Below the pieces are notes generated by a model. It saw nothing but the letters and a program-made list of their open reading frames with translations, was not told the DNA's origin and made no database searches. From the NCBI RefSeq assembly GCF_006345805.1, contig NC_043006.1, positions 52,266,001 through 52,330,000 of the forward strand: a stretch of 64,000 nucleotides of DNA, written 5' to 3'. This stretch comes from Octopus sinensis (lineage: Eukaryota). The translations under genes were made by a program, and so were the position numbers. This document shows positions 1 through 12,600 of the stretch, piece after piece. Position 1 is the stretch's first letter. Every line of letters starts with the position of its first letter.

Positions 1-1356
1 TTTAAACGTGAAATTAATAATTTTTTTTCTTTTATTGAAGAAATACAGAAAAAGTCTGGTAATCGCCATTTGTCCGTAAATGTCCGGCAGGCGACGATCC
101 ATTTTGTTGGAAACCAGATTGTTTGTGTTGTGTCGTCAGTATTCTGTCTTCGAATATGTCTGCCACATCTCGTATATTCTTTACTTAAGAATGACACAAA
201 CATCGGTACAAACATTTATTTCTCGTCTACAAACTCAAGATTTTAATATTCCATTGTACTGTTTACTCTTTGTATGGCCAACATGGACACATTATAGTGT
301 CTGATGATGTTTGTTTTTCTAACAATTCTTAGCATTAATCGTTAATTGTTGCTACTGGACAAAAACCTAAACCTCACCAAACAGTTACAGGAAACAAATT
401 TAAGGATAACCGAGCAATTTTTAGATATTTTCATTACGGAACATTTTTTATGAAGTGAAATACCGATTTTTGCTTTTGTACTAAGTCTATGTTTTCAATT
501 ACCTACGTACATACAATGTCCTGTGTGTTTTTTTCTTTAAAAAGGTTGTCAAATGAATAAGTTACGTCTTGTTAGAGATAACATTATCCACCGACCTATG
601 ATCAAAGATGGGTCAACCATTACCATGCTGTCTTTTATGGAGAATTAGTTTATCTAGGAATACACTATCTAGTATGATCCTGTCCTTTCCTTTTACGATG
701 TAATTTGAGGAAGATTTGGTTGCTATCTCTTAGGTCACTCGTCGCACTATTCGGTCAGATCGTTGACTACCCGACTGCTAGTGATTGTTTACCTACATGA
801 AGTAGCAACGAAATCTTCCTCAAATCGTACCGCAATGTTCCTTATTATTTTCTTCATAACGTGACGGACATCAAATAAAAAGTTACTCGAGTACTTTGCA
901 TGAGTTGTTACACTATTTTCAAGTTAAAAATTTTGAAAAACAGATAGAAAACTATCACCTACCTTGTTGTATTAATCATTTGTGTATAGGATAATTATGA
1001 ATAATACATTTTTATTTTATGCTCAAGCATTAGCATGGATTAAATTATACTTTTCTTTTTAATCTGCCGCACAACGGGATAGTCCTTGTTATACATTGCT
1101 TGTGAACCACTGCTCATCGTCTTAAAAATGAAGAATACATCTAGAATAGATAGTATAATGGTCGATAATGCTGGGATGCCTTTGATCATAGGTTACATGC
1201 ACAGTGCAAAATGACTAGAAACTTAACAACCACGTCGTTGATGTATGATAAAGTAACTTTGATACACACATACACGCATACATACATACATACATAATTA
1301 CATACATACATAGTTTGCATGTATGCAAACTATATGTATGTATGTACGTACGTATG

Positions 1357-2615
1357 GAAGGCAGCTACTTGAACAACACTCTTTGATAACCTAGAATATA
1401 TGCCCAAAGAAGTTACACAACTCTACTGCAATGTATTATCAAATGAAAGGATGAGCCTATATGAGCAGAAAAGTATGCATGGATATGTTACTAGAAGGCT
1501 CCGTGATGATAGTAGCATTGATCATCAAAGCAGTTTATCATGGACCAATAGCCATATTAATACCTCTCACTTTGAAGGGTATGTATTTGCAATCCACGGA
1601 CAGGAAATATCAATGAAGTACCTAATGCACAAAAGGGATAGAGATGCAGGAAAAGCCATAAAGTATGACAACCAATGCAGACTTTGTGGAGTTCACACTG
1701 AAGATATCACCCACATCATAAGCAGTTGTCCAAAAATGTCATCATGGTATTATCTGCTGATGAGACATGATGTTGTAGCTAGGATGCTCTATTATGAAAT
1801 CCATAGGAAAGATAATCCTGAGGACAAAGAAATAAGAACCCACAATATGGTAGAAGCCATAGTCACTCATAATAAAAAGGAATACTGGTGGAATGTCCCA
1901 GTGAAGACTTCAATAAAATCTAAGCACAACAGACCTGATATAATGATTTGGGATAGAGAAGAGAAACTGTGCACAGTTGTGGAAATTAGCTGCCCAGCAG
2001 ATGTTAACATAAAACAGAAGATCAGTGAAAAAGAGAACACCTATGCTGAAATTTTGAGAAATCTGCAGTTACTCTATCCAGATTACAAGTTCAGGTTTAT
2101 ACCTGTAATTATTGGGGTCCTGGGATATGTAACACACTGCCTAAATACCAATCTTGAGAAACTGGGCTTCTCAGGACCAGAAAGGAGAAAGCTAATTCAA
2201 AGACTACAGATCCAATTCATCACTGGAACTGTAAAAATCTGTAAAACTTGCCAGAAGTTTATCATTTAAATATATATGAGCATGTCTAGATATGCAACTA
2301 TGTGCATGAGAATACATACATAAAACATACAAATCTACACATACATACATGCATGCATGCATGCATGCATGCATGCATCCATCCATCCATCCATCCATAC
2401 ATACATACATACATACATACATACATACATACATACATACATACATACATACATACATACATACATACATACATACATACATACATACATACAAACAAAC
2501 AAACAAAAATATCCTGTTGTTGATGTTTAAATTCCAATGAAGGAGCCTTGGATTTAGCTTAGAAACCAGTTCTTTCTCTATTGACAAGAAATCCTGAAAT
2601 AAACTAAATAATGAC
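1357..2615 (+). mobile_element. 5'-truncated RLE-type non-LTR retrotransposon (R4/Dong-like), C-terminal ORF 1400-2269 plus microsatellite-containing 3' region
   Basis: CRLC..EDITHIISSC zinc knuckle, RHDVVA, NRPDIMIWD..VEISCP restriction-like endonuclease motifs; flanked by (CATA)n tracts; extension past 2500 is inferred. Confidence 0.8.
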
Positions 2616-2949
2616 ATATTAATAATTAATAATATTGACTTCTAATAAATGTCTAGTCAATTAGATCAATTCCAACACTTAACTGATACTTAATTTTATC
2701 AATCTTGGATGGATAGACAGCAAAATTGACTGTGCTGCTGAGATTGGAACTTAGAACATAAAATATTTTGATTGCCTCTCACTATTCTGCCAATTAACCC
2801 TCTCTTTCTTTCTTTGTTTCTACCTCTCTCTCTCTCCACACACTCACACACGCACACACACATTCACATCCTCCTCCTCATCATCACCACCACCATTTCA
2901 TGTTCATATCCTATGCTAGCATGGGTTGGACAGTTCAACACACACACAA

Positions 2950-3330
2950 CTTGCTGAGGCTAGAGGAAGTAGCAGTGCCCATTACAATTTGCTGGCCCTT
3001 TTGACTGGTGAGGTTGATGTTGTTAATATCCCATCCTGTTGTAGAATCCTGCTGGGAAGATATGAACAGAGAGGAGGTTTCAGGGGGTGCCAATGTTCTG
3101 GGGAGAAAGGCCAGGGTATAGAGCTAAGTGTGAACCTGGGAGGGGTTGGACACAACATGAGGTGTGAGAGATGGAGAGATGAATGGCTTGGGGTAGCCTG
3201 AGCAGTGAAGGTATGAGACCAGCTAGCTCTGAAGAGTAGATGCTATTATAGTAGTAATAAAAAAGACAGAAAGAAGAGATGGCACACCCATGGGTCCGAG
3301 GTTGGAGTGTGTCCATTAATGATTGAATGC
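2950..3330 (-). mobile_element. Decayed CR1/L2-group LINE 3' fragment
   Basis: Minus-strand YYYNSIYSSELAGLIP...RLPQAIHLS resembles the CR1-group ORF2 C-terminus. Confidence 0.5.
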
Positions 3331-3585
3331 CAGCCAGATGAGTTTCCCTTCTTTGGACCTGTATGCTTTAATGGTTATAATAATTCTACTATGATGTCAT
3401 TGTTTTTGACTCCAACACTTAAAATCAGATCAAATCTGCTGTTTGTTTCCCTTTGTATTGTCAGAACAAACAAGTGAAAGTCAATACAATAAGATGTTGA
3501 AATGCACAAAAAAATCAAGAATCATAAGAAAGATTCGATTCAGTGGTTTTCTCTTGTTATTGTCCGAATACTATTTATTCTTCAG

Positions 3586-3694
3586 GTGATATGCAGTATG
3601 TTAGAGCTTTATAATGAGAAGATACGTGATCTTTTATCATCAACAAAAAACGAGAATCTGAAAATATGTCTTCACCCTTCTCATGGTTTCTATG
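3586..3694 (+). CDS. KIF28P: Kinesin exon 1 in window (motor)
   Basis: ttcag|GTG...TATG|gtaagt; [36 protein letters not shown]. Confidence 0.95.
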
Positions 3695-6600
3695 GTAAGT
3701 GGCTGTTGTATGACACATCATTTTTGCCACAGATATGGCTGTAGCCACTTATTCAATAGTTTATTTGTGATTTTCATGTATGAAATGATGTATTTGGTTA
3801 TTTTACAGTGAAAAACTTGCAACAAATTCCTGTCAAGAATTTTGAAAAAATCAAAGAACTTATGAATGTTGGCACCACTAATAGAACTGTAGCAGCAACA
3901 AATATGAATGCAACCAGCAGGTCAGAAAAAGATGCAAACATATTTACTTAAGATATATAAATACTAGTGAGATGTTACTTTTAGAGCTTAAGCAAATTTG
4001 TATGTTCATATAAGGAAAAAGGTATATTTTGAAATTACTGTAGTTTGCATTTTATATATATACATATATATAGCTATCAAATATTTATCAGGAATTATAT
4101 AAGATCTCTGTCAGTCACGGTCGATTTCGGTTGTCACATCCTGTAGGTTTACTTTCCTTAGGCAGTCTTTCTTGTGAATGAGAAGTTTTGTTAGTTAGTT
4201 AGTTAGTTAATTTGGCTCAAAAGCAAATAGCAAGGCCATGTAGGGGGACATGGAGTTAAGTACAGGGTGGTGTTCATGTAAAGAGTTCAGGCCACTTGAG
4301 GTCCAGGGAGGCTTTGAACAAAGCGGTTGTCGGCATCTTCACCATCTCGTCTGGCAGCTTGTTCCACGGATCCGCAACCCGGACGGAGAAAGCTCCTCTC
4401 CTTCGATTGAGATGAAATCGTCGCAGGTAGAGCTTTTCGGAATGACCCCGCAGCCGACGCTCTGGAGCAGGAGTGAAGAACAGCTCTTTCGAGAGGTTAC
4501 ACTTTCCGCTTATGATGTTGTGGGCGAGAATGAGATCACCACGGCGGCGGCGTTTTTCAAGAGAATAAAGGTCGAGCGTCCTCAGCCTTTCTTCGTAGGA
4601 CAAATTTTTGAGACCATGAACCATGCGGGTAGCCAGCTTCTGGACTCTTTCGAGATGCTGTATGTCTTTGAGGAGATAAGGAGAAGAGGCTTGAATCCCA
4701 TACTCCAATATGGGTCTCACCAGTGTGACATAGAGTGGTAGGAATATGGCTGCTGTGAGCATTCTGAATGACCGTCGAATCAAGAACAGAATTCCGCGTG
4801 CTTTGTTGGCAGCATGGATGCACTGGGCCGAAGGCGAAAAGGAGGAATCCACCAAGATACCCAGGTCCTTTACCTGATCGGTCCTCTCCAGCAGCAGATG
4901 ACCCGGCTCGAAATCAAGTTGAGTTGCAGGAGGAGAGCCAACAGGCAGATGACAGCACTTTGACACGTTCAGACACAGGTCCCAATCGTTAGACCACTTC
5001 CAAATTTGGTGGAGGCATCGACGAAGATCCTCTATATCACCGCGAGGAGCGACCAGTTTGATATCGTCGGCAAATAGAAGGGTGTGTTGCGTGAGGTCGT
5101 CGGGCAAGTCATTTATGAAGACTAAGAACAACAAGGGCCCAAGCACTGAACCTTGAGGCACGCCACTGCTCGCACTGGAGACGTCGGACCGCGAACCATG
5201 TGTATGGCAGTCTCTATTGCAAAAGTTGCATCTGTGTAAAGTTTTTGGTCTGTCTGTATTATAATGCAATTTTCTATGGGCCTTCATGTCTCCTGCAATG
5301 TCTTAGTTTCTGTTCTCCCATTTTGTTGGAAGAAGATGCTTCTCCACCTCATGGACACAGGATTAAATAAGATGATTATGGATGGGTTGGGGAGCACAAC
5401 AGCTCTTGTTTGTCTCATTAAATGGGTGTGAAGAAAACACTAAGTTAAAACCAAGCTGGTTATGTAGAATAACTGTATTGTCAGTACATTGCTGTACAAA
5501 AATGAGGTTTGGGTAACCTTTGCCAAGCAAATGCAAAGATTCAATATCTATCATCTGAGAAGTTTCTTTTGTATCATAGATATATCCTGGCAAGATAAAG
5601 TACTGAGGTAGTTCTGACCCATGCCAGGAATCATCTGCAGTGTTGATTTATTAAAGAATCATAACTGAATATATTCAGGATCAAAACCTCATTTAAATAG
5701 TTTTAACATCATAGTCATCTGCTGTATTGTGTTCCTAAAAAATATTTAGCATGTCTTTAAAGTTTCATTAAGAGTCTTGAAAATAAATAAGAACAACGAA
5801 AATATGTAAAGGAGAAGAAAATAAGCCTGGAAAAGTCATAAAGTGACCTCCATAATTTTTATTCCTCAGGGCGTTATTTCCTTATTTCACATTCACTTAA
5901 TGTTGTATACTAAAGTTGTGCTACCAATACAGATGGGCTTAGTATATCTTTATTTTTTTAATGGTTTGATGTGACAAAAGGGTCAATGATCATTCTGTTT
6001 AAAGGTCCTTTAAGTCTTGTGAGATCAACAGAGTTAATTTTCCTCTTGAACGTTTGCCAGAAAACATGGGTAGGAAGAGAATACCATGAGACTGATGTAG
6101 TGGAAAGGACCAGAACAAATGCTTAATATGAGACCTTGGGCACAATATGGGTGATAAGAAGACAAGCGATTGGGAAGTTGGTAGTTCCTGAGTAGAAGCA
6201 ACACTTAGTAGGCTGGCCTCTTCCAAGGAGCAGAGCAACTGTGATTAGTGTTAGAAAAGATAGTGTAGGAGCACTCTTTCCCTTTGGCAGAACTGTTATC
6301 CATCTATGCGAGATTTGGTTAGTGTAGCCAACCTCTTTTATCTTATGCATCGATACACACTGCTGCCTATTACAAAGTCACAGGAAAATTTTAATTAGTC
6401 CCAGTCAAACCTCCAAGCAAGTCAGACAATTTCTCATGTTATTGTCAGAACTCAGCTCCACAATGTGGACAATATCAAAGGAAGAAACACTCTAGTACTG
6501 AATAACTATTTATGGACTGTTTGAACATTTATCCTGTTCACATTTTACAGTATATAGTAAGAGTAAGTGTTACATGTAATTTATGTTGCACACACCTTCT

Positions 6601-9600
6601 TCTTGATTTGTGACCCTATACTGAGTAGCTTGAATTTTTCTTTTGTTCACTTAGGACATTGTTATACTATACTTCTGAATGCTGTAGCCTGTCTGCTGTC
6701 AAGCAAATCTTGATTTAATACTATCATCATTTCCTTTTACAATAAATTATTATGTTCTATTAAACCTTCTGAACATTGTCTATTATTGCATTACAAGGTA
6801 TTATACTACTGCTGTTATAAAAAGTCAGATGTTATTTTAGTGTCTATTCACTAAAATGGAATTAGAAGACATACATTTGTGGGCTATAGTTTGGAGTATG
6901 TTGAAAACCAATTTCATGCCAATAAGTTGGGTGACTTGTTATATTTTGGTATGTAATTTCACATTTTTTTATGTGTAGTAACACTGACTCAAATATGAGA
7001 TCAGTATTCCATTGTTGGTTTCACTTGAGTTTTGTAAATACATAAATTACAACATTTATTTCAATGCTGTGAGCTACATTATAATACAGATTTAATGCAA
7101 GAATGTGATCAGTTTACTTTACCATAAATGTAATCCTTAGGAATCTTATGCTGCCAATGAATTTATTAGCTTCCATCAATATTGCCCTTTGCAGAAGTTT
7201 GAAATTATGCTCAGGCTACACAGTAATTATGAAATAGTAATCAGGTGATCAGGCTACAGAGTAACTAAATATTTCAGTAATATTTCAGCCCATAACAAAA
7301 CACACTTCCTTCTATCTCTCTTTCATATCTCACTTCTCAATCTTTCTACCGAACCAGTGTATCCATCCATCTATTTTTGTACTATAGCTGTCTCAAGCCA
7401 ATGAGGGAGTCTCTACATGGTCTTTTGATCTTCCTCAAATCACATACTACTATGTTATATAAGACCAGTAGTCATAAGATAATGTAGTCATACATATCCC
7501 TAAAATGATGTGCTAGTCATGGCTGGAATGCCTCAGATCATTAGTTTGATTTGAGTTGGCATGGAGCTCAAGCACCACAGCAACTGTATATATTTCTGTT
7601 CCATAGCTAAAGATGTCGTTTTCCTTACTTTTTATGATATAAATATTCATGTATACATATGTTTATGTAATTAAATGAAAACATTCTAGTTTTCCTATAT
7701 TCAATCATCAGTACAATGAATATTTGTTCTTAGCTGTATGGTTTATGAGCACTTCAAGTTTGACTCTTCTTTTTCATCATTTTATTATTATATTTCTGTA
7801 TATTTGGGGGATTCCATTTGCATTTGACATTACCTGTGTTCATTAATGCCTTATATAAAAACAGTCACATGAATTCACTATATTTTGGATAAACTGATTT
7901 AAAAAGATACTGACAATCTTCAATAAGTCTAGGAATGTTGATTTACACAGAATTGTTGAATCCAAGCAATTTAGAAGAGTTCAAATTAAGCTTTATATAG
8001 TTTATGTGTACTGAATTGTCTTTGAACATTTTATTTACTGTTTCATTTACTGGAGCTGGTTTACCTCTGTGATGACTCTATGGTCATTGAAGTACAGTTA
8101 GATAGTCGAGAATAATTTTACAATTAACTTGTCTACCTCTCAATCCTGATTTCCCTACTGAGATAGTTTTTGTATTAATCTGTCTTTATTATCTAGCATT
8201 TGATCATTGCTAAAATTTCATTTTTTAGAAAGTATGAGAAAAAAAGGTCATGCTGCTTATGACCTTTTCCTTGAAATGATGTGCACTTATGTAAAATTTC
8301 AACTACATATATGTAAAAGGGTGGCTTGCATCCTGTAGTCACTTCTGTATATTTATTAAGATATAACATATATCAAACATTTTGTTTTAAAACTCCGAAT
8401 TGTATTTTTATTTTCCATTTTGGTTTTGGTTTTAAATCAGACTAAATACTTGGCACATTTTGTAATTTGAATTTAACAGTTTCATTAACTTAACTTCTCC
8501 ACCTTTTTTCATACTTCACATTTTTTTCATTCACCTTCAATGATTGTTAGCACTAACTCTATGTATATTGTAGATAAGTGGCAACAAGTTAATTTAAATT
8601 ATCATATCTGAAAATTTCTGACACTCAGAGCCTATATATTTCTACCAATCAGCAACCATTAATATTATTTGAAAAAAAATATTAATCTCATTAAAAATGT
8701 AAAACTACAAAATATATCTTTGCTTGACTTGCATCTTTACTATACTTGTCAGTTTTATTTTATTTATTTTCTACTTCACAGCTCTTAGCAATATATTAAT
8801 TACATTTATATTAGAAAAGTGAGTTTGAGATAATATTTGAAACTTATTTTGTTTTTTATTAACTGAATTGTAATATTGAAGATGCGTTGATTTGATTTCT
8901 GAATATTTCAGTCGTGCACATACCATGTTTGGTATAACATTCACTCAAAAGTTTGAAAATACAGCTGGAACTATGTCTGAAAAGTCAGCTATGATTAATC
9001 TAGTTGATCTTGCAGGAAGGTAAGATTATATGATTGATTAGCACAAAAATAAAGGAGATACTTCGATTAATATCATATATAATTCCCATGGCCTTATCTT
9101 GAACCAGTTGCAGTAGAACTGTATCAGTGACTATGTCACATTTAGTGCAACGTTTATTTTGATATCAAATAATAAATGCTCAAATGAAGTTAGCAGTTTT
9201 TGTGTGTTTTTAAATGACTAATTAATCTTTTATTCTGTAATTATTTTAGTTTCAATACAGTCTCAGATCAAATCACTTGCTAGACAAAAACATCTGTGAA
9301 ATAATCATCATCTTCATCATTGTTTAACATTTGCTTTCCATGCTAGCATGGGTTGGACGGTTTGACTGAGGACTGGCAAGCCAGAAGGCTGTACTAGGCT
9401 CCAATCTTATCTGGCAAGGATTCTACAGCTGGATGCCCTTCCTAAAGCCAACCACTCCGTGCTTTTTAATGTTTTTAGTTATTCAAGATATTTTATACAC
9501 TGTCATTTTACAGAAATTAGCTGTTTGCATCTGCTTGCCAGCTCTGATCAAACCATCCAACCCATGCCAGCATGGACAACGGATGTTCAATGATGATAAT

Positions 9601-12600
9601 GATGATAGCTGTTCCTTTATTCATTAGATGTCCATTACACCAAGCTAGTCTGGGTTGTATGGGAACTTTATTTGAGACAGTGTTTTATAGCTGGATGCTC
9701 TTCCTGGTATCAACTCTAACTTGTTTTTTAAGTAATGGGAAATCTGAATCGTCTGCAAATATGAATATCATCACTGCTTCATTCAAGTGGTGACAATTCA
9801 TGGAATATTAACATAGTTGCACATTTGCACTCTCTCTCTTTCACACACACACACACACACACATACACACAAATAGATGTACTTGGTGTGCAACAAATTT
9901 ACCATTCAGATTACAACTCTTATTAGTTAAACTAACCCCTGCTGCATGATCCATAGGGTTCTGTGCAGTCTGAGAAAGGCCATGATATAACATAAAAAAT
10001 TTGGTGCGATACCAGTGCAGAATCACCTCCCTCTGACAAGTCATCCTAACGAGATGTCTGCGTTGGCTGTGTCATGCCTTCCGTCATCAACCAGGAGAAT
10101 TCATCTACAAAGCAATTGCCCCAGCTCCCCTTCAGGGTTGGCGAAAGCGATGTGGTGGACAACGAAAAACCTGGCTGATGACAGTCAAGGCTGATCTGGA
10201 ACCCAACCTTGGCCCCCATATCTACGGCGTTCGCCGCTGGAATAAGGAGTGGTTGAAGATCACATGGTCGTTAGCCTCAAATTGCCAGGCCTGGTCAGCG
10301 TTTGTGAGAGATGCAGCATTGAGGATGAATGAAGCCAGCTCAACCCACCCCAGGTGAATGCTGTCAAGTCAAGTCAAGTCAAGTAAAAAAATGTATCAAT
10401 AATGAGAGAAAAAACATGGGCATGAACTTGGTATACCTTGTATTTGGTAATTAATTTATGATGTCACACTATAAATGCAATTTATACATGCAACTCCTTA
10501 TAAGTAAAATATACCCATACCCATACATACCCTCACCTATAGTCAAAATATGGATGTATATATCGTTTTTGTCACATGTTTGAATTGCATTTATAGTGTG
10601 ACATCATTAATTACCAAATACAGAAACATATGTAACAGATGCAATGAAGGAATACCAAGTTCATATCCATGTTTTTTATCTTATCATTTTATATATATAA
10701 TTCACTGATAGAAAAGAAGAACTTCATGGAGGAGGAAAATAGTTCAGGGAAATATTACCTCTACTAGCAACAAATAACTTCTCTCTCTGACTAAAGTGCT
10801 AATTACATGACTTTTATATGTGAAATTTAATATTGAATAGTGGTGAAATATGGTTTTTGAATGGCTGGAAAGGAAGATAGTAAACCTGCTTTTCTGGATG
10901 TGTAATAACAGTGTGCATGAAAGGCAGAAATAGGTAAGGTAAGACAAAATTAGGGATCAAAAATATCGAGTGTGTTGTGCAAAAGAGAAGATAACTGTTG
11001 TTAGTCATATGATTTCTATATAGGATGACAGTTGGTTGAATAAATGTCCAGTAGTTCAAATGAAAAGAGCCTAAGAAAGAGGAAAGTAAGGGAAGGTAAG
11101 AAATGTCACGATTTTGTGTTGGGACAGACCTGTCAACCAATGCTTGCAGGAATAAAATAGAGATAAAAGAATGATGATGATGGTGTTGATATTGATGGAG
11201 GTAGCAATGGATAATTTTAAGAATTAGTCTAGATAAAAGATTTGATTCTAGTTTTGTAAATTCAAATCCAAAAATAACTATCTTAAAAAGTTGGTATTGG
11301 CACAAGCGTGGATGTGTGGTAAGAAGCTTGCTTCCCAACCACATGATTCTGGGTTCAGTCTTGCTGCATGGCACCTTGGGCAAGTGTCTTCTACTATAGC
11401 CTTGGGCTGACCAAAGCCTTGTGAGTGGGTTTGGTAGACGGAAACTGAAAGAAGCCTGTTGTATATGTGTGTGTTTGTCCTCCCCCCACTGCTTGACAAC
11501 TGTTGTTGGTGTGTTTATGTCCCTGTAACTTAGCAGTTCAACAGAAAAGACTGAGAGAATAAGTACTAGGCTTACAAAGAATAAGACCAGGGATTGCTTT
11601 TTTTCGACTAGAAAGTAGTGCCCCAGCATGGCCACAATCAAATAACCGAAACAAGTAAATGAGTAAATGTGTAAAAGAGTACTAACATGCTGTTAACTTT
11701 CACTAGTTTTTATTTACTTTTCTCTTATTTAAAATTTAAAAAAAAATTGATTCTGATATATTCTGCTATATGGTTTCTTTTCTAGTGAACGAGCTTCTAG
11801 TACAGGTGCAACAGGTGACAGACTTAAAGAAGGTGCTGCAATTAACAAGTCACTCTTTACTTTAGGTAACTGTATATCTGCCTTGGCCAAAAAGGCAAAT
11901 GGAGGTAACATTAAAGGTAAACAATTAAATTATATTAATTTATGTGTAATAGATTAAGTGTTTTGCTTTATTCATACATTCTCTTCTACTTCTGCCAACC
12001 AGATACCTTGGCTTCAATAAAAGAAAGTCTATGATATCATTTTATATAAAATAGCTCGAATCTTTACTTTTTGACGTAGATTTAAAAAATAATTTTTTGT
12101 AACTAAACACTTTCAAACTTTGGACACTGGTAGAATGTGTCATATAAAACATGTTTTACTCTTAGCATTTTTGAGAAAAACTTATATTTAAAGTAATTTC
12201 ACATTAAAGTAAACCTATTTCAGTAATTTCAACCAATCAATGACATGTATTCAGCTGAATAAAATGACTGCCATTGTTTGTCAATAAGAACTTCCAGCAG
12301 TGTATTTTTCGTTTGTCACTGTTATTTATGACAACCCTAACCCTAAAACCTTAACCCTAACCATAAAACCATAACCCTAACCCCTTAAAGCTAAAACCAG
12401 TACAAACGCACGAACGATGTCATAAATAACAGTGACAAACAAAAAATACACCGCCGAAAGTTGTTGTTGACAAACAACAGAAGTAATTTTATTCAGCTGA
12501 ATACACATCATTGATTGGTTGAAATTATCGAAATAGGCCTACTTTAACGTGAAATTACTTGGTAAATATAAGTTTTTCTCAAAAGTGCTAAGAGTAAAAC

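Noticed and set aside
1-500. Search for upstream kinesin exons (P-loop GQTGSGKS) and ORF 80-304
   Set aside because: No motor motifs found in 1-3585; the 5' exons lie outside the window, and the ORF has no recognisable similarity.
1756-1800. CTGATGA...GAAA inside the RLE ORF
   Set aside because: No stem I, II or III pairing; chance match in coding sequence.
2204-2617. ORFs with MYVC/HTYI repeats (also 58270-58647 and 59662-60113)
   Set aside because: Translations of (CATA)n/(TATG)n microsatellites, which lack stop codons; not genes.
4250-4992. Plus-strand ORFs 4250-4741 and 4768-4992
   Set aside because: Antisense shadows of the GC-rich CR1 RT frame.
10814-11641. 275-aa minus-strand ORF
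   Set aside because: Runs through a SINE and low-complexity DNA; no recognisable domain or splice context.
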